Source: Mayamaea pseudoterrestris (Eukaryota). Taken from it: 64,000 nt of DNA. Under the pieces are notes generated by a model. It was not told the origin of the DNA. It saw only the letters and a program-made list of their open reading frames with translations, and searched no databases. This document shows, piece by piece, positions 37,723-51,000 of this stretch (position 1 is its first letter; every line of letters begins with the position of its first letter). The stretch covers positions 1,302,001 through 1,366,000 of the forward strand of contig BROI01000003.1 in assembly GCA_027923505.1 (NCBI GenBank), given 5' to 3'. The translations under genes and the position numbers were made by a program.

Positions 37723-40700
37723 AATAATAATAATAACTCAATGATTTACTTTGTGGTAGTTAACTATCTACAAAGCAGCCTGTGCGGCTTTATTGTCGCT
37801 CCCGCCATCAGTGCAGTCGAAACTGCCCGACGAAAGGGTTGTATCCCAAATTGAGAGACGACACGAGCGGTACATTCATGTTGGACATCAGACAGAAGGT
37901 TCTTGGCTGGACATGAGATAACAATGGAACATAGAACATAAAATGGTGCTTGGTTTTGAACATGCTGTGGTAGCTCTCCTAGCCATGTTCAAGAATTGTT
38001 TGCAAAGATGGGCGGAACAGACGTTGCATTAGTGATTGCTGACGCCGGACGACCCTCTCGACGGGTGTTTGTTGTGATCGAAGCTGACGCTCAGTGCGGA
38101 CCTGATAGAGCCAGGCTTCGATTTGTGTTGGTAGACGCTGTTGGATACGGGGTTTTCCAGGCTTCATGAGGTCGCGGAGACGAGCAATGTTGGAGGTGCC
38201 CAGTGCGAATTCTTCATCAACCTGCCGGCGCAGGTCGAGGACTCGGATGCCAGTTTCCCGTTGGTGGAGAGCGTCGTTGCGCTGTGACCACATATCCCAA
38301 GATATTTCAAATAGTTTGATGATAATTTGAGATAGCCAGCGCCTCCCATTGTGATACGGTTTAGCATTGGAGCGACGGTAGTAGTGTTCCTGAGCTGCTG
38401 CCCATCCAATGGCAAAGCGCCCCTCAAAGGCTGCGTGCCACCCTAGGTGATTCTGTGCTGTGATCAAAGCTTGGATTGGTGCAGTTGTAGGAACTGGTGG
38501 AGCAGAGCTAGAACGCCATGCTTTGAGGCCCTCCACAATTGCAATGCGAATAGGGCCAAGTGTGCCAAGGTGCATGAGCTTGCTGTCCAATTCGTCCATG
38601 CGCTCAGTCCAGAGGGTGTCAGCTCCTGGACAGATATACAAATGGTCCACCGTTTCTATGACCTGGACTGGTGAAGGGAGTTGCAGGCAGGATGGGCAAG
38701 TGTCTTCCTGGGAATGGTTCCGTAATTTGGTGCGGTGGCGGACTGCCACAAACTTGGAGATCATTTTGGTCTGGTGTTGTTGGCGCCCCAGTGGCAGACT
38801 TTTCATAGCTTTGAAAGAAGCTTGCCAATCCACAGCTGCATCCGTGGAGTCACCAAATTTGCCCTTGCTGCGCCAGTAATTCAGGAGGGGTGGCCCATTC
38901 ACTTGCTCACGTATTGCAGACTGCACTTCCTTGCACAGTTTGATGCCATTGATGCAAATAGGAATTATTTCCTTATAGAGGAACTGAGGCATTGGATCCG
39001 TGGAGTGATCCGCAAACTGAACGCGGTGAAACTTGGCGGCCTCATCCATGGAGTCATTCAGAGTGGCCCAGCGATCCAGGGGACCCACAAGTTGAGCGCC
39101 TTCCCAACCGCCTCGTTCGCGCTGGTGACCAAGTACATGCCGTGTTTTCCATTGAATGGGGGTGTCACGCATCAGGCGCTTACAGGCAGAAATGATATCA
39201 AAATGTGACTGGCTTAATGGTGTCTGTGATTGAACCTTGCTAGCTTGTTTGAGGGCTGAGAGGCCATCGCATGCAAGCTCAAGGGACCCTTCTGTCACAT
39301 TATAATGTCGGCATAGCAGGTGCACAAGGACAATAGTTTGGTACAAGCCAATCAGTTCACTCCGGTAGGCACTTTGGTCCGCAGGCTGGCCAGGAGCTAG
39401 GCAGCTGGCAAAGATAGCATTTGTGGCGTTGGCACCTTGGATGGTAGTGGCTGCAGCTCCAGTTTGCAACGTTGGCTCGTAGGATCCATCACTTACGGCA
39501 ACAGCCGATCCATTTTGGAGTGCCGTGACGATTGCAGCACCTTCATCTGGTGGCAGAGAAACATGGTCAAGAATCCAGCGAGATGGCTCAGGCAGGGAAA
39601 CACGCATGGATGCCAGAACAGACAGTGATGGAGTAGAAGGAGCAGCCATGGAAGCACCCCAACTGTTGAACCGGACCTCCACAGGAGTAACCATTTGTAC
39701 TGATGCTCTGGCTAAGTCTGGTGGCCGCGGCACTGCCCACAATAGCTTTTGGAATACCCTGACGCGTCGACGACAACCCGTGCCACTGTAACCATATTGA
39801 AACCAGCCAGTGGGAGCTTTCTCCATGAGAATATCCAGCCTTGGGCTAAAGTAAAACCTTGTAGTAGGCTCCATGTCATCCCATGCCCCCAGACTATGAC
39901 GTAACTGCCGGTTGCGAGTACACCAGTGATGCTGCAGTGCTGTCCTCCAGAGTGCCCAGCAGCGATCTGACAAAGGACCTTGTGTTGGCCAGGAGTAGGG
40001 AGTATCGCGTGACTTGTCAATTTGTCCATTCCATGCTGCCTCCGTGATATAGGCGCCATCTGCGTGCACCATGTCGGAAAGGTAAAGCAATTGAAGAAAG
40101 ATGCGACAGCGGTTCAGGATACCCAAGGTAGAGGGTGACCAGTCAGCATTGTTGCGAAACACTTCCATAATGAGCGAGTCTCCATTTCTCCGTGGCTTGA
40201 AGACGGGCAAATCATCCAGGAGTTGGATAGAATGGTCATGGCAGCACTCGCCTGTAAATTGAATCCAACTTTTAGTTGTTGTATGGACTCGAGACATATC
40301 CGCGTCAAACAAAGGACCGTTAACACCAAGTTCCAGCTTCAACTGCTCAGAGCTAACACGGAGTAGTTGCGATGTGTTGCGTGATGGATGCTCAGAAGCA
40401 AATGCCAGTGCCTCAATATGGGTGTACAATTGGGTGGTATACATATCCGGAAAGCCCAGGCCTTGAAACTTGAGAGGACCAGTCCGGACTGCATTGGGTG
40501 TGTCGCTACCAATACCAGACAGTTGCAAAGCTGCTGTCATTGCTGGTCCTTGGATACGCTGGCACTGCTTGCTTGTGAGGCACGTGGCAACCAGGGGATA
40601 TGAGAAAGACTTGTCAATTGTGGTGCGATATGCAATGGTGGCCAGGTGACGGGGCAAATGACTCGCTCTCAACTTGTTTGCCCATGCCACAGACTTCTCA

Positions 40701-43700
40701 TAAAGAACTTGCGCCTGCCTGGACTCACTTCCATCCGGAGCCAGATAGATACCCAGTGTTCGCTCCGCATGGTTTGTTGGATAGCGCTGTATTGGCTGAG
40801 TAACGCCATGCATGTCCCTGACTTGGAGCTGTGCTGGGCATTCACCTTCTGGCTTGAGAGACCAAGAGCCATCCGCATGCCAGTTATATGCCATGAGATA
40901 CCAGAAAGTTTTCTCAGGAGCTATAGCGCCACCAGTAGCCCGGAGTCCTCCTTCCCAATGGTCGAGAGACCGCTGCATTTCTGCTGCAACATGTGCCGGG
41001 TCTTGCAGGTGTGCCGCGCAAATTCCTAGATCGGTATCGTCAACAAAGGAGTAGCCAACAAAGCTGACAGTTGTGCCAGTTAAAGCCCCTTGGTATGCCA
41101 TTGCGAGTCCCTCTGCACGGAGCATATTTAGTACAGGAGTAGAGACCAACGCCCAGATTTGAGGACCTGCACCATTGCCTTGACCAATAGTTGAGACCGG
41201 AACTCCATATAAGTGCTGATCCTGGCTCCCACCAAAATATGCTTTGGAGTCACCGTAAATGGTCCGAATATTGTGCTCCAGTCCCTGGATAGTGGAGAAC
41301 ATGCATATCACTGCTGGTTTTGGAACTCCAACACGCTGTAAACTCAATGCCGCCACGGCGTGAACAATGCGGTCATAGCAGGCTCGAGCATCATTGGAAC
41401 AAAGAGCCATTGGCCGGCGGAGTTGGCGAGACATATCAAATGAGAGGCGTTTCTCAAGGCCAATGAAATTAGCACGATGACCTCGGCGTGATCCACCTTG
41501 CTCTTTAGCCAGCAAGCCATCAGCTTCTGCAGTGAGCATCATTGTCTTGCCTAGGTACTTGAAGCAGTGATTGGCTACTGCATCAAACAGACAGATAGCA
41601 CGGAGCTTGTCCACTTGGAAGTTGCCAGCCTTTTTCTCAATCATGACATCAATAGCCTTACACCAGGATGGAGGCGGGCGGCCAGTAAGCATTGGCAGGT
41701 ACTCTAGCTGGCGATGAAATTCAGCAATGTCTGGATCCTGCACATTTGCCATCATGTGGCCAAAGTGTCGCCCCGGATATGCACCCGTTTGCTCCTTCTG
41801 AATTCTCCAGCCATATTGGAAAGTTGACAAATCCGGAACTGGATTGCAGAACCGATCACGGAGTGGTGCTGGGCGTTCTAGTTGGCGTGCCAGTTTGATT
41901 GCATACTCAGAGACGCCCTCAAAATCTGAATCATCCAACTGGCCTGCTAACATGCGGTCACAGAATGGAGACACACCAAGGGGGCCCACTTTTTGATACA
42001 ATGGTGCAGTCAGGAAGTCTGTATTCGATGCTTGACGGAACCTAGCGTTGCACTCCTTCATGATGGCAGCCTCCATATCTTCCTTGCCAGTCCAAGTAAC
42101 TAGAACCCCTTCCGAGTTTGTTGATTGTACCATTGACACCGCCCCACTGTGGCTTTGCTTCAAGGCAGACCAAATAATACGAGCGTTATCACGCATTTCC
42201 TCTCTCACCATGATTTGGCGGATGATAGCAGTTGCCTCCATACCCTTTGCAGCCGCCAGACTTTCAACCAGCTTCTCATTATGCGTACGGCGGGACTGCT
42301 GTGCTAATTGCTGCTTGAAATCTTTAATCTCCTGGTTCACCCGGAGCAGTGTGCGTTTAAGTTTTGCACGAGGCCATTTGATAACTTCAGTCTTCCTGGA
42401 GCGCATGGCTTGGCGCCAGATGGTTGCCAATCTGATCTTGTGGCCCCGTCGCCGGCGTAGCACCAGGTACAGAAGCTGTTGGTAGCGTTGCAACTCCAAG
42501 AATGCTGGTGACCAAGGGACTGCCCCAAGGAAGAGCTTGCGACATGTACGCTCGGCCTCCAGCATTGCCATGGTGCATTGAGTATCCAACCAAACGTACT
42601 TGGAATGCTCCCACTCCTGAAAGCAGCTGCCAGTTTGACGCGGATGGTATCGTTGCTTTGCCTTGGACCATAACTCTGCCATAGCAGGTATGCTAGATGC
42701 TGCCAACAAAGACGCCTTGTAGGAAGCCAAGTAAGCAGCCACTACCCGTGGATCTTGCAGCTTGAGACGGCGCATGGCTGGGCGCAGGATTGGTGGAACG
42801 GAGTGACCCAGAGCTACATGCATTGGAACATCCATAAATAGCCCCGTGTGATCTGCAATCCAGCCAGTGTACCCACATTTGAGGCCTTGGAGTGACGGCG
42901 ACACAAACAAGCCATCAATTTTTGTGCTACCGCGAGACATGGTCGGAGGTCCTGGTCCGTGTTGTTGGAGGATAGTTTCCAGGAGCCCCAATTCCTCCAT
43001 CTTGCCCCGGAAGACACTGTTGTCCTTAGCCAAATCTTCATTAGCATCAATGCCAATTGTTGCTCTGGAGCTGGCGGATGACTGCCTGCAGGTCACTGTC
43101 AAACCGTGCTATAGGATCCACCTCTTGGCCTTTGCTTGCAAAATGGGCGTATTGCTGACTCCAAACTGACTCGGCACCGCTCTTGTTAACCACTGGGCGA
43201 TAAGCCACTAATGCCACCAGAACCGCTCCATGCCTTCCTCGAAACCCATGGCCGCTCCATCTGCCCAAAGAGTCGCGGATTGTCAGCTGAAAGTCCACTC
43301 GGGTTGCCATCTTGTTGACGCTCCATATAGATGTTCCGCCGTACAACACTGCAGACTTGTGACCTGGATATCCGTCAAAGCAGGCAGACGAGATTCGACA
43401 TGCTTCAAACCAGCCCTTTGACCTGTGCTCCAACCGCTGATGCGATGCCACATGCCGCCAATTCACATTCACCTCGGACAGACCCAACACATCCACACGC
43501 AGTTCATTAACTTTGGATCTTATTAAGCAGTCTTTACAACTACCGCAAGGTCGCCAAACCTGACATACTGGAACCGCCGACAACCCACCAATATTAACAA
43601 ACAATAACCGAACGTGGTCACTTGCTGGAGCCACTAGTGCATGTCCAAATACTCCTCTTTTCTCATTGGCCGTCAAAGAGGAGGGACTTACAGGAGCATT

Positions 43701-43763
43701 CCGGGAAGGTCGTCCAGCTCTTCCCGTGCTTCGGCGCTTAGTTATGCCAACGCTGTCCACCAT
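37723..43763 (-). mobile_element. Non-LTR retrotransposon ORF2 (APE endonuclease, RT, RNase H), resembling diatom Ambal-type LINEs; one frameshift near 43060; probable (TTA)n 3' tail
   Basis: APE: LLFVNIGGL, DVLGLSEVN, GIDANE, STKIDG, DH; RT: KLRAICL, NDARACYDRI, GQGNGAGP, FVDDTD; RNase H: AVSDGS, SAYRSELIG, CDGLSAL, HVLGHQ; AATAATAATAATAA at 37723-37736. Confidence 0.88.
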
Positions 43764-43819
43764 CGTAGATTGCTGGCTAATTAGTTTATTTGGCTGAGTC
43801 TTGACTTCCGTGCATGTGT

Positions 43820-44580
43820 ACTTGCTTGCTTGTTAAGTCGCTCACTCGCCTGCTTGCTAATTAAATGGCTTGCTGGAGCAGTCAGTCGGTCGTCCACTCG
43901 CTTGCGTGCTTAGTCAATCACTCGCTTGCCTGCTTGCTAATTAAATGGCTTGCTGGAGCAGTCGGCCGGTCGTCCACTCGCCTGCTTGCTTAGTAAATCA
44001 CTCGCTTGCCTGCTTGCTAATTAAATGGCTTGCTGGAGCAGTCGGTCGGTCGTCCACTCGCCTGCTTGCTTAGTCAATCACTCGCGTGCTTGTTAAATCG
44101 CTCGCTTGCCTGCTTGCTAATTAAATGGCTTGCTGGAGCAGTCAGTCGGTCGTCCAGTCGGTCGGTTGTCCACTCGCCCGCTTGCTTTTTAAAACACTCG
44201 CTTGCCTGCTTGCTAATTAAATGGCGTGCTGGAGCCATCAGTCGGTCGTCCACTCGCCTGCTTGCTTATTAAATCGCCTGCTTGCTTGTTAATTTGCTCG
44301 CTTGCCTGCTTGCTAATTAAATGGCTTGCTGGAGCAGTCGGTCGGTCGTCCAGTCGGTCGGTTGTCCACTCGCCCGCTTGCTTTTTAAAACACTCGCTTG
44401 CCTGCTTGCTAATTAAATGGCGTGCTGGAGCCGTCGGTCGGTCGTCCACTCGCCTGCTTGCTTATTAAATCGCCTGCTTGCTTGTTAATTTGCTCGCTTG
44501 CCTGCTTGCTAATTAAATGGCTTGCTGGAGCAGTCGGTCGGTCGTCCACGCGCCTGCTTGCTTGTTAATTCGCTTGATTG
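43820..44580. repeat. Minisatellite with 8 copies of a core motif and a higher-order 196-bp period
   Basis: TAATTAAATGG at 43858, 43938, 44018, 44118, 44214, 44314, 44410, 44510 (spacings 80,80,100,96,100,96,100). Confidence 0.92.
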
Positions 44581-44660
44581 CCTCGGTTGCTCTGTTCCTC
44601 TGGCTTGCCTCCTTGCTTGCTCGGTTACTCGCGCGCTTTGCTAGCTTGCCTCCTTGCTTG

Positions 44661-44718
44661 CTTGTTTGTTTGTTTGTTTGTTTGTTTGTTTATTGTTGTT
44701 GTTGCTGTTGTTGTTGTT
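44661..44718. repeat. (TTTG)n/(TTG)n microsatellite
   Basis: Direct reading of the sequence. Confidence 0.85.
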
Positions 44719-45025
44719 CGAACGTGGTTGCTTGCGCTAGTTGTATGTGTTGCTGCAACGGCGGGCAAGAGGTGCGGACGAGCTGACTGGATTCTGGTAC
44801 AAAATCTGTGTAGAGGGCTACAGGTGGTCTGGGCGTCGTACGTTTCCGTCGTGCAAAACTTTGAGCTGCTGGTTCTCTGCGGGAACTGAATGGTTTACTG
44901 TCTTTCTTCAATCAAAATGCTTGTTAAGTAGTAGGTAGTTGGTATATAATCATGGGAATGGGAGAAATTACGGTGTTACGGGGTTACGGTGTTGACGAGA
45001 CAAATAACAGAGAAGATGAGCAACT

Positions 45026-48000
45026 TTACCATCCCATAAGGAGACGGCGGAGGTGCTCGAATGTGACTTGGGGCAGCGCCTTTGTAAAGATATCCGCTCG
45101 TTGCTCCTTGGTGTCAATCTTAACGACTTTGATCGTGCCCTGCTTTACGTGGTGCTTAAAGTGGTGATACTTAGTAGCGTAATGGCGAGAGCGAGGCGTA
45201 AGATGAGGGGCATTGGCAAGCGCAAGGCAGCCTGCGTTATCTTCGTAAACGGTGCAGTAGGAGCGCGCGTTAACTTGGATGCGTTGCTTCATTTTGTTTC
45301 CCATTTCCTTGACGATTGCTTGGATAGGAATGACTTGGCGAAGGCTTGAAGAGAGGGCAACGTACTCGGATTCCATTGTAGATAGAGCGATTTCGGTTTG
45401 TAGCTTGCTTTGCCAAAAGACGGGGCAGCCACCGAGCATGATGAGGTATCCGGTACGGGACTGAGCGCACACTGGATCTTGACCGTCTTCCTTTCCATAT
45501 AAACCAGCAAAGTCGGCATCAACGTAACAGTCAACCGTGAGGTTACCTTCGGGCGTCATGATGAGTCCTTGTTCGCGAGTCTTGATGAGATAGCGGACGA
45601 TGCGTTTAACGGCGTCAAAGTGTGGCTTTTTAGGACAGTGATTGAATCGAGCGCATTGATTGACTGCAAAGGCAATGTCAGGGCGTGAGTTACCAGCGAG
45701 ATAGAGAAGCTTGCCGATTAGCGAGTTGTAGCTCCAGCTCTCTTGATGATCAGGTAAATCGGCGTTCTTGCCGAGCGTGTCGTTGGCGGGCGTGAAGACT
45801 CCGTTAGCAGCCTCCATTCCAGTAGCTTGAATGATACTGTCGATCAAACCCGTTTGAGTGAGCGTGAAAGACTTGCCAGAGCGCTTTATATCAATGCCAA
45901 GATATTGACTGAGATCGCCTTCTTCGGTGAGCGTGAACTTTGAGCGAAGGTCGTCGATGATGGTCTGCAGCTCCTTGTCGGTACGGGCGACGCAGATGCA
46001 ATCGTCAACGTAACAGGCGATGATTTGTCCATTGCGGTAGAAGAGACAGGGATCGAAGAAGCTTTGAGTGAAACCGAGCTCGACGAGTCGGTCGCGTAAG
46101 TGTTCGTAGAAGAGCTTTGGGGCGATCTTCGTTCCGTAGCACGACTTGAGCAACTTTAAACAGTAATCGCTTGATTGATGACCGTCTTTGTGTTGAAAGC
46201 CGCGTGGGAATTGAATGTAGATTGGATCCTTTAGTTCTGCTTGAACGAAAGCGTTGGTGAAATCGATGCACTGGGTTTTGTAGCCGAACGTCAAGGCGAA
46301 TACCATGAGGACACGAACGGTGCTCCATTGAACGACTGGTGCAAACGTTTCAAATACGTCCTTCTGTAGGTCTCCTCGAACGCAGAAGCGAGCTTTGTGT
46401 TTCTTAAGCTCACCGCTGGGCGTTCGCTTGCGGCGAAAGGTCCATGTGCCGGGGATGATTTGCTTTCCTTGAGGAACCTCGGTCCTTGGGATGACGACCC
46501 ACGTGCCATGATCTTCGAGCGACTTGATCTCTATTCCTGCGGCTTTCCTGAACTCTTCAGAGTCATCAGCGCGCATCGCTTCATCGTAGCGGAGTGTGTC
46601 GGGATCGTTCGTCGAGGCGAGTAGCACTTGCGTTAAACCGATTGAGTAAGGGTATTCCGCGTGCGCATGCTCTGCTAACAGCATATTGGTTTCAATCATT
46701 TCGTCGCGAGCATGTCGAAGACGCTGAGCTCGAGTAATGACTGGCTCTGTAGGACGATCGCGTAAATGTGCAGAGCGCCGTAAAGGAGGATCACTTGCTT
46801 GTTGTTGTTGTTGTGCGAGCGTGGGAGCTGTCGTCGGGATCGTGGACTCGTTTGATGCGTTTGGTGGACTGGGATTGACTGTGACATCGGCTGCATACAC
46901 GCGGTGGTGCGGACGAGCGCAAAGGATTGCCATCAATGTGATCTAAATGCTCCCTCTGCTCCCTCTGAAGCGTTGGTTCTGTGGCTTCTGTAGGCGAATG
47001 AATTTCAGGAGTCCTTGTCTCCCTCTGATTCGGAGGCGGAGCGCTTGTGGCGGGCGGAGAATCAGTGGAAGGAACTGGAGCAACCGCTGGCGGAGCGGCA
47101 GGAGCAGGTAAAACTGGAGCGGTAGAAGGAGTCTGTGCTGCATGTATAGCATCTTGGCGAGCAGCTGAGGCATCAAAGTTGTCCTCCCACTCAGGATTGA
47201 GAGCAGGAAGGGGATCATCGTCATCGAACGGATACATGTACTTGCTTGTCGCAAAGAGACTCGTCCATCTGTCGTCCGTAAAATTTGGAGGCGAATCAGG
47301 AAGAGCGTCAACTGTAGTAAACCAATCGTCATGCGTAACGTGATACTGAGGACTGATGGTTAATGTATTCAAGTTGAGGACAAGAGGAACTGTAGCCGAG
47401 TGCTTGCTGGAGAAGCCGACAAAGATCCCGCGGCGTGAGCGCACTTTCCAACGAGGAATGGACTTGCCGTCTTGCATGCGAGGATCAAGAACGTAGGCGG
47501 GCGATCCAAAAACGTGGAGATGATGGAACTTGTGGCTTGCCCAGATGGTACCAGTGTAGATATCAATGGGAGCTTGGCCAGTGGCGACGTTTGGCATTCG
47601 ATTGAAGATGTAAACTGCGTAGTCGACAGCCATCGGCCAGAGCGACATATCATCAACGTCAGTCCAATGCATATTAGCGTGGATAAGCATCGTCCTTGCC
47701 ATGTTCATAATGGTTTGAATGTTTCGTTCTGCAATGCCGTTTTGATGATGAGCGCCGACGCCTGCAAAGACAGTCGTCTGCTTGAATTTGGAAAGATGCT
47801 CAGTGTACTCGTGACTGGTGAAACACGCAGCGTTGTCAGACAAGTAGCTTTCAATTGAAACGCCGCAGTCTCTTGCAAACTTTTCAAAGTTCCATTTGGA
47901 GCGAAGGGTTTCATGAGTGTTCATAACAACTTGATGGTCGACGAAGACGTATCCACTTGCGTGGTCGACAAAGAGCGCGCCACCGCTGAACATTGAGTCG

Positions 48001-51000
48001 GTCGACGTTTTGCCGCGAGACGTATAGAGGCGTCCCTTTTGACTGCAGATGTAATGATCAACGGAGACTTGTTGTCCTGGTCGAAGCTTTCCTTGCTTGA
48101 GCGATCCATCGGCTCGAGGCGTTGGTTGACGACTCGTTCCGGGCGCGGGTCGGCGTTTCGCCTTGCCAAACTCGCAAGCAGCGCACCGCGGGATCTCACA
48201 GGAGGCTGCTGCTTTATGGAGCTTGCGCATCTCATCGCTTGTAGCGAGGCGACCAGAGCGTAGAAGGTTTTGAATGCTGCGGAAGCTGGCGTGGCCGCAC
48301 TTGAAATGCCATTGAAGAAGAAGCTTTTGCGCGGGCGACAAGTTGGCGTTTCGAGCGTCTGTTACACATGCATTAAACTCAGCATGAAGGGTTTCAGGAC
48401 TATCTTGAGTTGCAATGGCTGTAGAAGTCGGTAGGTTGGTGACTGGATCGAGCGAGCCGTGAAGAAGGGACGGGCGTCCTTGTTTGTGTAGATCAAAGTA
48501 CCAGAATCCTTCTCCATTAATAGCAAACGTTAAATTCGCCTCGCGATCGTGTAGCTTGTGATATCGAGTGTACTGTTGGGGACACAGTAACTTGCGCGGA
48601 CTGTCGGGTATGTAGAGAGCTTGACAACGGACTCGTAGAGGCTTGCCATCGTTGCCATCAAGGGTCCAGTCAATTATGCCATGGCCGACTACTTGCAATC
48701 CAGATGCGAGGCCTTTAGCAATGATCTTCTTTGTGCTCTTGCGGTAAGTACCAGAGGCGAAAGTCATCCAAGTGATGGGCGACGTTTGCAGAAGCGCAGG
48801 CGCTGTCGTGAATGATTTCGACGTGGAGGATCGGCAGCATTGCTTGGAGAGAAGGCAAAGTCATTGACTGTAGAGTCTGCTTGGAAAGTAACGTTGTTGA
48901 ACTCGAGTGGAGCGAGCGCGCCAAAGGTAATCCACGAGGCTGGGGTACTGGACGAGGGAATTAAATTGGGAGATGGGATTGTCGATCCATCGGCATGCCT
49001 TGGACTCGGCAGGGTCGTAAACAAGCCATTGTACCCTTTAATGACTTCAATGGGAACAGTCTTGGCATCTGGAAGGGTCTCGAAACGAGGGCAATGGACT
49101 CTTTGACGATAGACGCCGTCGCTGCGCAATCTTGTTGGATAGGAACGGTGATAGCTATAGATGAGTGGGACACGGAGCGTTCTTTTCAATCGTTTCTGTT
49201 GGCGAATGCGGCGTTTTGATTGGACGGAAAGTTGACGTTCGTCAGTAGAGTTCTTGCGTTTGTCGTAGTGTTTTTGTTTTTGACGGAGCTTGTCTCTAGT
49301 TGGTTGCGGGCTACTCGGAGAAAGGTGATAGGAAAGAGCTAATGCTTCGAGGATAACTGTCATCCACAGCAACATCATCTCCCTCTCGGCGTAGTCGTGA
49401 GTAACTCAAACCAAAACCAGCGAAGAAACGTTGGAAGACGAGCGGAGCGCGCGAAAAGCGGAGCGCCCGCGTGCAGGCAAACGTAGAGGCGTTGGCGAGA
49501 GTCGTAGACCAGAACCATTGATTGAGCGCAAGTCCACTCGTTGCGCAGGCGCAAAATGATTCAAGAACGGCTGGTAGGACGGTGGAAGCATACTCAATGC
49601 AGCCAAGAGGAGCATGGCGGCGAACTTGAGGATGAACCGGCGAAGGCAAGCTCTTGAAACAAAACGCTTGAACAAAGAGAAGAAGAGGCGCGTCCTTCCG
49701 CATTCAAGTCATTCCTGACTGTCAGCGAAGGGAGCGTAGTCGGTGAATTCTTCAAACACGTTGGGAGTCGGCAAGGATGAAGTTGTTTGCCTCGGGCGAC
49801 TTGGATTTGTGAGTTGCAGACGTATGATTCCACACCCACTTGGAGCACTTGTCGCACCACTGGAACTTGTACTTGCCAACCTCCTTGACTTCATCTTTAT
49901 TGTTGCAGCCGGCGGCTTTGTGCGCCATGCTGGTAAAGGGCGTTCAGCTCGCTTTCGGCGGTCGTGGTGGAATCGCCAGAAGGAGTCGTGTTTGGAGCCT
50001 TGGTGTCGCCAGTTGGCGACTGCTTGGCGAATCGCTTGCAAGCCTCCAACTGCTTCTTGTCCTTTGTGCGGAGCTCTTTGACCTTGGATTGAACGAGGTT
50101 GTTGATATCCACTTGGCCGCTTGAGATGAGAGCAGCTTGCTCGGCGTGACTGAGTTTCGTCAACGAGTTGATATCGGGCGCTTTCTTGTCGACGATATTG
50201 ACAAGCGGAGGCCATCCTCCATCAACTGCTTTGATTTGAGCGTAAAGATCATCAGCGCGTTCAACCAACTGGGAGATATGAACGGTTAAACTGAACATGC
50301 GGGTGCTCGGCTCGTCGTAGGAGAGGGGATTGATTTCACGGAAGGGCAGTGTCGTACCGTTCTCCAATGCCAATGAACGTAACGCGCATCACCTCCGAAG
50401 ACACTAGAAAGCTCTCTAATGAAGATTAATCCAAGGGAATGGTCCCAGCGCTTGCCATTGTGAAGCTGGCGCTCAGTGTTGAGGAACTTGGCACCAAAAT
50501 GGTGAACGTCTTGGAAGGAAACGTCGGTCAATTTGTAAGACGGAGCTCTGCCTTCATCTTGTCGGCAGCTTCGTATGAAAGGTCACGTTAGCTTGAGCGA
50601 TGCGCATAAAGAAGATGGCGAAGGTATCATCTTCCTTTCGCGAGGCTCGACAATCTGTTGGATCGCCGTGCTCAAGTGATTCAACACGAACTCGATCGCC
50701 ATCGAGCTGTTCGTCGTCGTCCGCCAGGTCAATTGGCGACATCCTTCTTGCTTTGAGCGATAACGTGAGCGGCGTGAGTACATCAAAGTTGGTACAAACA
50801 CTAACGCGCGTCTTGTTGTCTCTCGACAGCGTGTAAGTAAGTGACAGAATCGCCGCCAGTCGTTTCAAGCGCACGCGAAGAGTGCTCGCACGCGAACATC
50901 GGCATGGCCTTCTCTAACTTGCCAATTGAAGGCTTGAAAGCAATGCGAATGGCGTAGTCTTGAGCAGCACGCTTCATGGTGAGATCGCGGTGGCAAGCTG

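Noticed and set aside
43820..44580. CRISPR-like array
   Set aside because: Inter-repeat segments are variants of one another rather than unique spacers; no cas genes; eukaryotic context
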